Positions 19,669 to 27,862 of a DNA stretch of 64,000 bases are shown here, one piece after another. Numbering within the stretch: the first letter of the stretch is position 1; each line of letters begins with the position of its first letter. Both the position numbers and the translations under genes were made by a program. The DNA is from an uncultured Gammaproteobacteria bacterium (GTDB lineage: Bacteria; Patescibacteriota; Patescibacteriia; SG8-24; DYFX01). The notes below the pieces were generated by a model, which saw nothing but the letters and a program-made list of their open reading frames with translations, ran no database searches and was not told the DNA's origin. The DNA lies in contig CAYOJH010000002.1 in the NCBI GenBank assembly GCA_964404275.1, positions 19,042 to 83,041 of the forward strand. Reading direction: 5' to 3'.

Positions 19669-20247
19669 ATGCAGCCTCTCCGCATCGGCCTCGATTTCGA
19701 CGGCGTGATCGTCGACCACCATCCGCGCAAGCTGCGCCTGGCGGGGGAGATGGGCGTGCCGCTCGAGCGTTGGCAAGCGAATTCGAATTTCGTCAAAAAA
19801 TGTTTCGCGCCCGAAGCGTACCGGGCCTTTCAGTCGCACATCTACGGCGAAGGCATGAAGGACGCGCCGCCGGTCGCGGGCGCGCTCGAAGCGCTCGCGC
19901 GGCTGCCCGGCGAAGCCTACGTCATTTCCGCCCGACGGCCGGAAAACGAAACGCACGCGCGCGCCTGGATGCGGGCGCACGGTCTTCACGACGTGATTCC
20001 ATCCGACCGCGTCATCTTCTGCAACGAAGGCGCGGACAAGCGTCTGCACTGCGAGCGGCTTGGGCTCGCGCTCTTCCTCGACGACAAGCTTTCCTATCTC
20101 GCGCATCTTCCCGCCTCGATGACGCGGGTCCTGTTCGACGCGGATCGGATCGCTTCGCGGCTCGAGATTCCCGGCGATCTCCGCGTGGCGGAAAGTTGGG
20201 CGGAGTTTTCGGCGATCGCCAAAGCGCTGGTTGGGGAGCGCGCGTAA
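19669..20247 (+). CDS. HAD-superfamily hydrolase, 5'(3')-deoxyribonucleotidase (NT5C)-like
   Basis: Motif I GLDFDGVIVD and a distal LDDK motif. About 190 aa. GGTGGAGG Shine-Dalgarno is present. Confidence 0.6.
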   Translation: MQPLRIGLDFDGVIVDHHPRKLRLAGEMGVPLERWQANSNFVKKCFAPEAYRAFQSHIYGEGMKDAPPVAGALEALARLPGEAYVISARRPENETHARAWMRAHGLHDVIPSDRVIFCNEGADKRLHCERLGLALFLDDKLSYLAHLPASMTRVLFDADRIASRLEIPGDLRVAESWAEFSAIAKALVGERA

Positions 20248-20270
20248 AAAAAGAGACCCCGGGAAGGGAT

Positions 20271-20753
20271 CTAACGTTTGGCGGCGGGCGCCTTCTTCGG
20301 CTGCTCCGGCGGCGCGGAGGCGACGGCGGGCTTCTTGCGTCCGAAGAGCTTGCGGAACGGCCAGCTGACCGCGCGCCACGTCTTCTTCAGGACGAAGGCC
20401 GCGAGCAGGAAGCCGACGACGGTGCCGAAGCCCGCGACGGTGTAGAGCGACGGCAGGAAGTACAGCGCGCAGAATCCGCCCGTGAGCAGGAGGATCGCCA
20501 GCGCGACGGGCTTGTATCCCGCCTTGCCGACTTTCAGCGCGAAGAGCGCGTTGACGATGGCGATGAGCGCGGTGAAAGCCGCGACGATCGTGCTGCCGAC
20601 GGGCCAGCGTTCGAGGAGCGACGCGTCGTAGAACGGTCGATCGAGGCTGGCCAGGTCATGAGAGAAGATCGCCCAGACCGCCGTGCCGACCAGCTCCGTC
20701 ACGAGGGTTTCGATGAGCGCGAGTACGCCCAGAGAACGCCAGGGATTCTTCAT
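20271..20753 (-). CDS. Hypothetical small membrane protein with K/P-rich C-terminus
   Basis: Four predicted TM helices. AAGGAGG Shine-Dalgarno 6 nt upstream of the ATG on the minus strand. Confidence 0.5.
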   Translation of the reverse strand: MKNPWRSLGVLALIETLVTELVGTAVWAIFSHDLASLDRPFYDASLLERWPVGSTIVAAFTALIAIVNALFALKVGKAGYKPVALAILLLTGGFCALYFLPSLYTVAGFGTVVGFLLAAFVLKKTWRAVSWPFRKLFGRKKPAVASAPPEQPKKAPAAKR

Positions 20754-20841
20754 GAGAGCCTCCTTCTGCGGGAAAAGAACCGTGAAAGAAGCCTAGCCTG
20801 CGCGGGCGTCCGCGTCAATTCCCGCCTTATTTATGCGGGCG

Positions 20842-20870
20842 TTGCCTTTTTCCGGGGCCTTCTTTATACT
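20842..20870 (+). promoter_or_regulatory. Candidate sigma70-type promoter for secDF (-35 TTGCCT, 17 nt, -10 TATACT)
   Basis: Hexamers and spacing read directly from the sequence, about 60 nt upstream of the secD start. Confidence 0.45.
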
Positions 20871-20927
20871 GCCTCCGTATTGTGGATGGTGAGAACGTTC
20901 TGATCTGATTTGACTACGCTTTCCCGT

Positions 20928-22997
20928 ATGACCACACGTCGCGGCCGACCGTTTTTTTATTACGTCTCGCTGCCATTCGCCTGGATCGGCCGGGGGATCG
21001 CGCGCCTCTTCAAACCCACGCCGCGCGGCAAGATCCGCTGGGCGGTCTTGAGCGTGCTGATCCTGGCCGCTCTGGCCGGTTCCCTGGCGTATCCGCAGCC
21101 TTGGGATCGCGCCGCCGACGCTTGGAACGCCAAGGTCGTTGCGTCGTTCAGATTGCCGAACGCCTTGAAGATCCCGCACTTCAAGGACATTCCGTATCGC
21201 CTCGGCCTCGACTTGCAGGGCGGCACGCATCTTGTTTACGAGGCCGACGTCAAGGACATCCCTGATGCGGACCGCGCCAACGCGATGGAAGGCGTGCGCG
21301 ACGTGATCGAGCGGCGCGTGAACGCGTTCGGCGTGTCCGAACCGGTCGTTCAGACCAACAAAGCCGGCGACCATTGGCGCATCATCGTCGAGCTGGCCGG
21401 CGTCAAGGACGTCAACCAGGCCATCACGATGATCGGCGAGACCCCGATCTTGGAATTCAAGGAACAGAATGACGTCAGCCAGATTCCCTTGACGGCCGAT
21501 CAGCAGAAGGAACTGGACGCGAAAAACGCCGTGATCAAAAAGCAGGCGACCGACGCGTTACACGCGGCGCTGACCAACCCGAATGATGCTTCTCTTCAAT
21601 GGGACAAGCTCGGCCCGGTCACCGAGGCGCAATATCCGGAACTTTGGAAATGGGCCGACACGCATCCGGGCGTGAAGATCGACGCCGCGCTGGTCGAAGA
21701 CCAGGACGGCTGGAACGTGCTGCGCGTCAACGGCAAGGACACCTCGCAGCTCGAAGATCACGCGAGTCATATTTTGATCTGCTATCAGGGCGCCCAAAGC
21801 TGCCAAGAGCCGCTCACTAAACAGCAGGCTTTGGATCAGATCACCAAGCTGCGCGCCGAAGTCACGCCGCAGAACTTCGCCGAAAAGGCCAAGGCCAACT
21901 CGACCGACGGATCGGCCCAGACGAACTCCGGCGACCTCGGCTGGTTCACCAAGGACACGATGGTCAAGGAATTCGCCGACGCCGTCTTCGCCATGAAGAC
22001 GGGCGATATTTCGCAGCCGGTCGAATCGCCGTTCGGTTACCACCTGATCTGGAAACAGGGCGAGCGTCCGTCCGTCCGTTACGACATGGATCGTCTTCAC
22101 TTCAAGAAAGCCACGGCGGCTGACGTCGCTCCGGCGGCCGATCCCTGGAAGAACACGGGCCTTTCGGGCAAGCACGTGGCGCACGCCCAAGTGGAATTCG
22201 ATAACACCACCAGCCAGCCGCAGGTGCTCCTGACCTTCAACGACGAAGGCAAGAAGCTCTTCGGCGAGATCACCAAGCGCAACGTCGGCAAGCTCGTCGC
22301 GATCTATCTCGACGGCCAGCCGATCTCCATTCCGCGCGTCCAGCAGGAGATCGACGACGGCAATGCCGTGATCTCCGGCAGCTTCGATATCAAGGAAGCC
22401 AAGCTGCTCGCCCAGCGCCTGAACGCCGGCGCCTTGCCGGTCCCGATCAAGCTGCTTTCGCAGGAGACGATCGGCGCTTCGCTCGGCCAGGATTCGCTGA
22501 CCAAGAGCCTCAAAGCGGGCTTCTACGGCTTCCTGATCGTCGTGCTGTTCATGATCCTGTATTACCGCCTGCCGGGCCTCCTGGCCTCCTTGGCGCTCGC
22601 GATGTACACGGCCTTCTCGCTCGCCGTCTTCAAGCTCCTCGGCATCACGCTGACGCTCTCGGGCATCGCCGGCGTGATCCTCTCGATCGGCATGGCCGTC
22701 GACGCCAACATCCTGATCTTCGAGCGCATGAAGGAAGAACTGAAGAACGGCCGTCCGCTCGATTCGGCCGTCAACGAAGGCTTCAAGCGCGCTTGGACGT
22801 CGATCCGCGACTCCAACATCTCCTCGCTGTTGACTTGCGCGATCCTGTATTCCTTCACCTCGAGCTCGGTTCGCGGCTTCTCGGTCACGCTCGCGCTCGG
22901 TATCGTCATCTCGCTGTTTTCCGCCATCACCGTGACGCGCTCGCTGCTCCGTTTCGTCGGCCCGTGGGCGATGAAACATCGCTGGCTCTTCAAGTAA
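20928..22997 (+). CDS. secD: Protein translocase subunit SecD carrying an inserted parvulin-type PPIase domain
   Basis: SecD N-terminal TM, P1 head and C-terminal six-TM RND-like domain (GIAGVILSIGMAVDANILIFER). The ORF-track start at 20910 is a TTG; the first ATG is 20928. Confidence 0.9.
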   Translation: MTTRRGRPFFYYVSLPFAWIGRGIARLFKPTPRGKIRWAVLSVLILAALAGSLAYPQPWDRAADAWNAKVVASFRLPNALKIPHFKDIPYRLGLDLQGGTHLVYEADVKDIPDADRANAMEGVRDVIERRVNAFGVSEPVVQTNKAGDHWRIIVELAGVKDVNQAITMIGETPILEFKEQNDVSQIPLTADQQKELDAKNAVIKKQATDALHAALTNPNDASLQWDKLGPVTEAQYPELWKWADTHPGVKIDAALVEDQDGWNVLRVNGKDTSQLEDHASHILICYQGAQSCQEPLTKQQALDQITKLRAEVTPQNFAEKAKANSTDGSAQTNSGDLGWFTKDTMVKEFADAVFAMKTGDISQPVESPFGYHLIWKQGERPSVRYDMDRLHFKKATAADVAPAADPWKNTGLSGKHVAHAQVEFDNTTSQPQVLLTFNDEGKKLFGEITKRNVGKLVAIYLDGQPISIPRVQQEIDDGNAVISGSFDIKEAKLLAQRLNAGALPVPIKLLSQETIGASLGQDSLTKSLKAGFYGFLIVVLFMILYYRLPGLLASLALAMYTAFSLAVFKLLGITLTLSGIAGVILSIGMAVDANILIFERMKEELKNGRPLDSAVNEGFKRAWTSIRDSNISSLLTCAILYSFTSSSVRGFSVTLALGIVISLFSAITVTRSLLRFVGPWAMKHRWLFK
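21759..22064 (+). other. Parvulin (PpiC-type) peptidyl-prolyl isomerase domain embedded in the SecD periplasmic head
   Basis: HASHILI...SGDLGWFTKDTMVKEFADAVFAMKTGDISQPVESPFGYHLIWK matches the parvulin signature (HIL, GGDLGWF, MV..F, S.PV.S.FGYHLI). Confidence 0.7.
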
Positions 22998-23001
22998 ACG
23001 T

Positions 23002-23919
23002 ATGCTGCGCATCACCCAACATCGCGCGAAATTCTTCATCCTCTCCGGACTGGCCATGACGCTGTCGCTCGCGGCCTGGCTTTTCTGGGGCCTCAAGCCC
23101 GGCATCGACTTCACCGGCGGTTCGCTCTTGGAGCTCTCGTTCTCGCAGAATCCGCCGCCCATTTCGGCCATCGTCGATACGGCCAAAACCTCGCTCGGCA
23201 ACGCCCAGGAAGAAGTCACGGCTCAGCCGATCGGCGCGAACGGCGTCGTCCTGCGCATGCCGCCGATCGAAGAGGGCGCCCACCAGAAGCTCGTGACCGA
23301 TCTCAAGAGCGCCTACGGCAAGGACGGCAACGCGCTTGAAGAAAAGCAATTCCAGTCGATCGGACCCGTGATCGGCGCCGAACTCCAGCAAAAAACGATC
23401 TACGCCGTCGTCGGCGCGATCCTGGCGATCGTCCTGTTCATCACCTACGCCTTCCGCAAGGTTTCGTATCCGGTCGCGTCTTGGAAATACGGCGTCTGCA
23501 CGATCGTCGCGCTCTGCCACGACGTGCTCATCCCGGTCGGCGTCTTCTCGGCGCTCGGCCATTTCCGCGGCGTCGAAGTCGGCGCCTGGGTCGTGACCGC
23601 GCTCTTGACCGTCCTCGGCTTCTCGGTGCACGACACGATCGTCGTGTTCGACCGCATCCGCGAAAACCTGGCGCACGCCGGACGGATGTCGTTCGAGGAC
23701 GTCGTCAACCGCAGCATGAACGAGACGCTCGGCCGCTCGATCAATACCTCGCTGACCGTCATGCTGGTCTTGCTCGCGACTTACGCGTTTGGAGGCGCTT
23801 CCATCAAGGACTTCATCCTGACCATGATCGTCGGCGTCGGCGTCGGCACCTACTCCTCGATCTTCGTGGCCTCGCCGCTCCTGGTCTCCTGGCACCTGCG
23901 CTCGCAGAAAAAGCGCTAG
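23002..23919 (+). CDS. secF: Protein translocase subunit SecF
   Basis: Six-TM SecF with a periplasmic domain and the conserved TM4-6 motifs (TIVVFDRIREN, SINTSLTV). Confidence 0.92.
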   Translation: MLRITQHRAKFFILSGLAMTLSLAAWLFWGLKPGIDFTGGSLLELSFSQNPPPISAIVDTAKTSLGNAQEEVTAQPIGANGVVLRMPPIEEGAHQKLVTDLKSAYGKDGNALEEKQFQSIGPVIGAELQQKTIYAVVGAILAIVLFITYAFRKVSYPVASWKYGVCTIVALCHDVLIPVGVFSALGHFRGVEVGAWVVTALLTVLGFSVHDTIVVFDRIRENLAHAGRMSFEDVVNRSMNETLGRSINTSLTVMLVLLATYAFGGASIKDFILTMIVGVGVGTYSSIFVASPLLVSWHLRSQKKR

Positions 23920-24005
23920 AAAAAGAGGAAAAAAGCCTCTTCCAAAAATCCGAAAAATATGCTACGCTTCCGCCGACACGGGAGCGTCGCATTTTTTATC
24001 CGTCC

Positions 24006-25331
24006 ATGCCGCAGATCGTCATCGACCTTTCGCCTTTGTACGCGCTGATGGACAAGTCCCCGCTCCAGATCGCCTGGACGGTTTTCGCGTACGGCGGCTG
24101 GATTCCGTTCGTTTGGGTGCTGTGGAAAGGCTTATCGGATCTCTGGCTCCTGTCCCGCCAGGAAAAATACGCGCCGACCATCACTTACATCGTGCTCAGC
24201 ATCAACATCCCCAGGATGAACGAGCAGAGCCCGAAGGCCGTCGAACACATCTTCACGCACATCGCCGGCACGTATTCCTCGCCGAACTGGAAGGAAAAGT
24301 GGATCCAGGGCAAGTTCACGCCGGCCTTTTCGTTCGAATACGCTTCGCTCGAAGGCTACACGCAATTCATCGTGCGCTGCCCGATCCAGTTCCGCGACCT
24401 GATCGAAGCCTCGATTTTTTCGCAGTATCCGGACGCCGAGATCGCCGAGATCGCCGATTACACCAAGAGCGTGCCGCACAGCTTCCCCGATCCCGAATGG
24501 GACTGCTGGGGCACCGAATTCGTCCTCTCGAAGCCGAGCGCCTATCAGCTTCGGACCTACCCGGAATTCGAGCACGAGCTCTCCGGCGAGCTGAAGGATC
24601 CGCTCTCGACGCTGCTCGAGACGCTTTCGCGCCTGCGGAAAGGGGAACAGGTCTGGATCCAGCTTTTGGTCTATCCGCGCGATCAGTCCTGGATGCTGGA
24701 CTCCGCCAAAGTCGCCGCCAAAATGAAGGGCAAGGAAATCAAGAAGAAGCCGCCGGCTTGGCAGCACTTCGTCGAGGAAATGTTCAGCCTGGTCACCATG
24801 GGCGTGAGCCAGGTGGTCGGCGTGGGCGGCGAGGCCGAGAAAAAGCCGGAAGCGCGGCCGGAGAACAAGCTGTCGACCATGTCGACGGGCGAAAAAAAGG
24901 TGCTCGAGAAGATCGAAGAGAAAATGTCCAAGATCGGCTTCGGCGTGAAAATGCGCTTCGTCTATGTCGGCAAGCGCGACGTCTTCCGCAAGGGCCCGAT
25001 GATCTCGATGGTCCGCGGCGCGCTCGGGCTGTTCGGCTCGCTCGACGGCAACAGCTTCAAGAACTACGGCAAAGCCGCGCCCAAGACCGATTATTTCTGG
25101 CAGCGCTGGAGCGCCGATGAGAAGAAAACCAGGATTATCAGGCGTTTTTCGGGCCGCTCGTCCGCCGGCGCCGACCGTTTCATCTTGAACGTCGAAGAAC
25201 TGGCCAGCCTCTGGCACTTCCCGCAGATCCTGGTCAAGGCGCCGCTGCTCAAGAAGGTCGAATCGCGCAAGGTCGAACCGCCGTTCTCCTTGCCGGAAGT
25301 GCCGCCGGGGCTGCCTGAACCGAACGCTTGA
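24006..25331 (+). CDS. Hypothetical single-pass membrane protein, partner of the downstream ATPase
   Basis: N-terminal TM (LQIAWTVFAYGGWIPFVWVLW) followed by a roughly 400-aa soluble domain. Start set at the first ATG after the secF stop. Its stop overlaps the TTG/ATG region of the next gene. Confidence 0.55.
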   Translation: MPQIVIDLSPLYALMDKSPLQIAWTVFAYGGWIPFVWVLWKGLSDLWLLSRQEKYAPTITYIVLSINIPRMNEQSPKAVEHIFTHIAGTYSSPNWKEKWIQGKFTPAFSFEYASLEGYTQFIVRCPIQFRDLIEASIFSQYPDAEIAEIADYTKSVPHSFPDPEWDCWGTEFVLSKPSAYQLRTYPEFEHELSGELKDPLSTLLETLSRLRKGEQVWIQLLVYPRDQSWMLDSAKVAAKMKGKEIKKKPPAWQHFVEEMFSLVTMGVSQVVGVGGEAEKKPEARPENKLSTMSTGEKKVLEKIEEKMSKIGFGVKMRFVYVGKRDVFRKGPMISMVRGALGLFGSLDGNSFKNYGKAAPKTDYFWQRWSADEKKTRIIRRFSGRSSAGADRFILNVEELASLWHFPQILVKAPLLKKVESRKVEPPFSLPEVPPGLPEPNA

Positions 25332-25336
25332 GCGCT

Positions 25337-27241
25337 ATGCCTCCGTATCCCGCCGTGCCGTACAACCACGATCACGAGAACGAGGTCATTCCGTTCGCCG
25401 AGACGAATTTCCGCGGCCAGAACCGCGCGTTCGGCATCAAGACGGACGACCGGCGCCGCCACGTCTACGTGATCGGCAAGACGGGCATGGGCAAAACGAC
25501 CCTGCTCGAAAATTTCGTGATGTCCGACATCTACGCCGGGCATGGCTTGTGCTACATCGATCCGCACGGCGACACGGCCGACAAGATTCTGGATTTCATC
25601 CCGCCGTGGCGCATCAACGACGTCGTCTATTTCAATCCGGCCGACATGGAATTTCCGGTCGGTTTCAACATCCTCGAAATCGCGAACGAGAATCAGAAGC
25701 ACCTGGTCGCTTCGGGCTTGATGGGCGTCTTCAAGAAGATCTGGCCGGACGTCTGGTCGGCCCGCATGGAATACATCCTGCTGAACTGCGTCTTGGCGCT
25801 GCTCGACACGCCGGGCTCGACGCTCCTCGGCATCAGCCGCATCCTGGCCGACAAGGATTTCCGCAAGAAAATCGTCGAGAACGTCAAGGACCCGGTCGTC
25901 AAGGGCTTCTGGCTCAACGAGTTCGCCAAATACACCGACAAATTCGCGTCGGAAGCGATCGCGCCGGTCCAGAACAAGGTCGGCCAGTTCCTGTCGAACA
26001 CGATCATCCGCAACATCGTCGCGCAGACCAAGTCGACGCTCAACGTCCGCGAGATCATGGACTCGCGGAAAATTTTCATCGTCAATCTCTCGAAAGGCCT
26101 GGTCGGCGAAGACTCCTCGAAGCTGCTCGGCGGCATGCTGATCACGCGCCTGCAGCTCGCGGCCATGGAGCGCGTCGACATGCCGGAAAAGGATCGCCAG
26201 GACTTCTACCTGTACGTCGACGAGTTTCAGAACTTCGCGACGGAATCCTTCGCCAACATTTTGTCCGAAGCCCGCAAGTACCGCTTGGCGCTGATCACGG
26301 CGCATCAATATATCGAGCAGCTCGAAGAAGAAGTCGCGGCCGCGGTCTTCGGCAACGTCGGCACGATCATCTCCTTCCGCGTGGGCGCCAACGACGCCGA
26401 GCATCTCGCCAAGGAATTCGCGCCGACCTTCGTCGAAGAAGACATCATCAACCTGGCCAAATACGAGGTCTATCTCAAGCTGATGATCGACGGCGTGGCC
26501 TCCTCGCCGTTTTCGGCCAAGACGCTTTCGCCGATCGCCAAAAGAACCGAAAGCCGCGAGAAGGTCGTCAACGCTTCGCGGCAGCGGTACGCGCTCACGC
26601 GCGAAGACATCGAAACCAAGGTCAACACCTGGGCCGGCTTCGACGAGGCGACCGGAACCTTCGTCGGCACGGCTCGCGCGGGCGCGACGCCGGGCGTCAC
26701 GGGCGCCGCGCCTCGGGCCGCCACGCCGGAAGGCACGCCGTTCAAGGAAACTTCCGATCGGCAATACACCGCCAATTGCTCGCGCTGCAATAAAGAATTG
26801 CATTTGAAATTCCCGCCCGATCCGAACCGGCCTTTCTACTGCAAAGAGTGCCTGCCGTTCGCGCGGGCCGAAGCCGCCGCCGCGCCCGCGAAGCCCGCGC
26901 CTCGTCCACCTGCGCCTTCAAGTCCGCCGCGCCCCGCCCCCAAAGCCGCCATCCCGCCGCCGCGCCCGGCTCCCGCCCCTGCCCCGCGCCCCTCGGCGCC
27001 TCCCAAAGCCGTCGAACGCCCGCTCCCGCCTCCGCCGAAGCCGGGCATGTTCGGCGGCAAGATCCGCATTGTGACGGGGGAGCAGGAGCCCGAGGCTCTC
27101 GCGCCGGCCGCCCAGGAGAGCCCTAAGCCGCTGCCCACGCCGCCCAGGCCGCCCGCGCCGCCTCGGCTGCCCCCGCTTTCTCAAAAAGTCCCGCCATCAG
27201 CCCAAAAACCGCCCTCTGAAACGCCTTTGCCTTCGGCGTAA
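25337..27241 (+). CDS. VirD4/TrwB-like (FtsK/HerA-superfamily) P-loop ATPase with C-terminal zinc ribbon and proline-rich tail
   Basis: Walker A VIGKTGMGKTT, YIDPHGD (compare T4CP DPKGE), Walker B FYLYVDEFQNF, EARKYRLALITAHQ (RKYG...Q motif of coupling proteins and HerA). Also CSRCNKE...YCKEC and a roughly 125-aa Pro-rich tail. No N-terminal TM helices. A TTG at 25328 is an alternative start. Confidence 0.7.
   Translation: MPPYPAVPYNHDHENEVIPFAETNFRGQNRAFGIKTDDRRRHVYVIGKTGMGKTTLLENFVMSDIYAGHGLCYIDPHGDTADKILDFIPPWRINDVVYFNPADMEFPVGFNILEIANENQKHLVASGLMGVFKKIWPDVWSARMEYILLNCVLALLDTPGSTLLGISRILADKDFRKKIVENVKDPVVKGFWLNEFAKYTDKFASEAIAPVQNKVGQFLSNTIIRNIVAQTKSTLNVREIMDSRKIFIVNLSKGLVGEDSSKLLGGMLITRLQLAAMERVDMPEKDRQDFYLYVDEFQNFATESFANILSEARKYRLALITAHQYIEQLEEEVAAAVFGNVGTIISFRVGANDAEHLAKEFAPTFVEEDIINLAKYEVYLKLMIDGVASSPFSAKTLSPIAKRTESREKVVNASRQRYALTREDIETKVNTWAGFDEATGTFVGTARAGATPGVTGAAPRAATPEGTPFKETSDRQYTANCSRCNKELHLKFPPDPNRPFYCKECLPFARAEAAAAPAKPAPRPPAPSSPPRPAPKAAIPPPRPAPAPAPRPSAPPKAVERPLPPPPKPGMFGGKIRIVTGEQEPEALAPAAQESPKPLPTPPRPPAPPRLPPLSQKVPPSAQKPPSETPLPSA
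26868..27241 (+). repeat. Proline-rich low-complexity coding repeat (PAPRP/PPRP units) in the ATPase tail
   Basis: Repeated AP(R/K)PP units in the translation and GCGCCCGC/CCGCCGCG units in the DNA. Confidence 0.6.
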
Positions 27242-27260
27242 TCCCGGGGGGTTGCGGCTC

Positions 27261-27291
27261 TGTAAGATCTCTGCTGTAGTGACGTCTTACA
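27261..27291. promoter_or_regulatory. Inverted repeat TGTAAGA-N17-TCTTACA upstream of the ECF sigma gene
   Basis: Perfect 7-bp arms read from the sequence, 17 nt upstream of the sigma ATG. A CGTC element lies inside the spacer. Confidence 0.3.
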
Positions 27292-27307
27292 AACCGAACT
27301 CGACCAC

Positions 27308-27862
27308 ATGGAACGGTTGAAGGAAGCGCTGCTCTTACGCAGAATCCAGTCGGGGGACGAGACGGCGTTCATTGAGACGTACGACGTTTTTGGGCCTAAG
27401 ATCTATCGCCACGCCCTCTTTCGTACCAGTTCGCCGGAAACGGCGGACGACATCATGAGCGAGACCTTCGTGCGCGCCTGGCAATCGGTGCGCGTCAAGG
27501 CGGAAGAGATCCAGCACCTGAAAGCTTTTCTCTACCGCATCGCCGATAACCTGATCATCGACCATTATCGCCGCAACGCCCGCGCCGCCGTGGCCATCAG
27601 CGACGAGATCGAAGAAACGCTGCGCGCGCCGGGCGATCCGCATGAGGAAATGGATCGTCTGCTGAAAAGCGAGCGCCTGGGTCAAGCCCTCTCCCGCCTG
27701 CGCCCCGAAGTCCGCGATCTGCTGGTCATGCGCTACATCGACGATCTGCCGATCGAGCATATCGCCGAACTGACCGGAAAAAAGAAAAACGCCGTATACG
27801 TGGCCCTGCACCGGGCCGTCAAAGAACTGAAACTCGCATGTCCTGCCACCCCCGAGAATTAA
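27308..27862 (+). CDS. ECF-type RNA polymerase sigma-70 factor
   Basis: Region 2 (YRHALFRTSS...DIMSETFVRAW) and region 4 HTH (LPIEHIAELTGKKKNAVYVALHRA). Confidence 0.85.
   Translation: MERLKEALLLRRIQSGDETAFIETYDVFGPKIYRHALFRTSSPETADDIMSETFVRAWQSVRVKAEEIQHLKAFLYRIADNLIIDHYRRNARAAVAISDEIEETLRAPGDPHEEMDRLLKSERLGQALSRLRPEVRDLLVMRYIDDLPIEHIAELTGKKKNAVYVALHRAVKELKLACPATPEN

Noticed and set aside
19476-20903. 475-aa plus-strand ORF and 19654-20379 minus-strand ORF
   Set aside because: They are out of frame or antisense to the HAD and membrane-protein genes. Arg-rich noise.
21558-23219. 553-aa minus-strand ORF
   Set aside because: It is antisense to secD/secF.
23920-24005. AAGAGG-aaaaaagc-CCTCTT hairpin after secF as a terminator
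   Set aside because: No T-run follows on the plus strand (CCAAAAATCC), so at most it is a weak attenuator. The downstream pair may be co-transcribed with secDF.
24113-26803. Several overlapping 335-570-aa ORFs on both strands (24113-25120, 24132-25217, 25091-26803, 25549-26793)
   Set aside because: They are alternate frames or antisense to the membrane-protein/ATPase pair. The sense frames alone carry Walker motifs and TM helices.
26868-27241. Possible CRISPR-like repetitiveness in the Pro-rich region
   Set aside because: The repeats are short, imperfect, in-frame codon repeats inside a CDS. There are no spacer/repeat periodicity and no cas genes.
27261-27291. Canonical ECF promoter (GGAAC-N16-CGTC) upstream of the sigma gene
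   Set aside because: Only CGTC is present. The -35 region reads GTAAGA, not AAC-containing. Recorded only as an inverted repeat.
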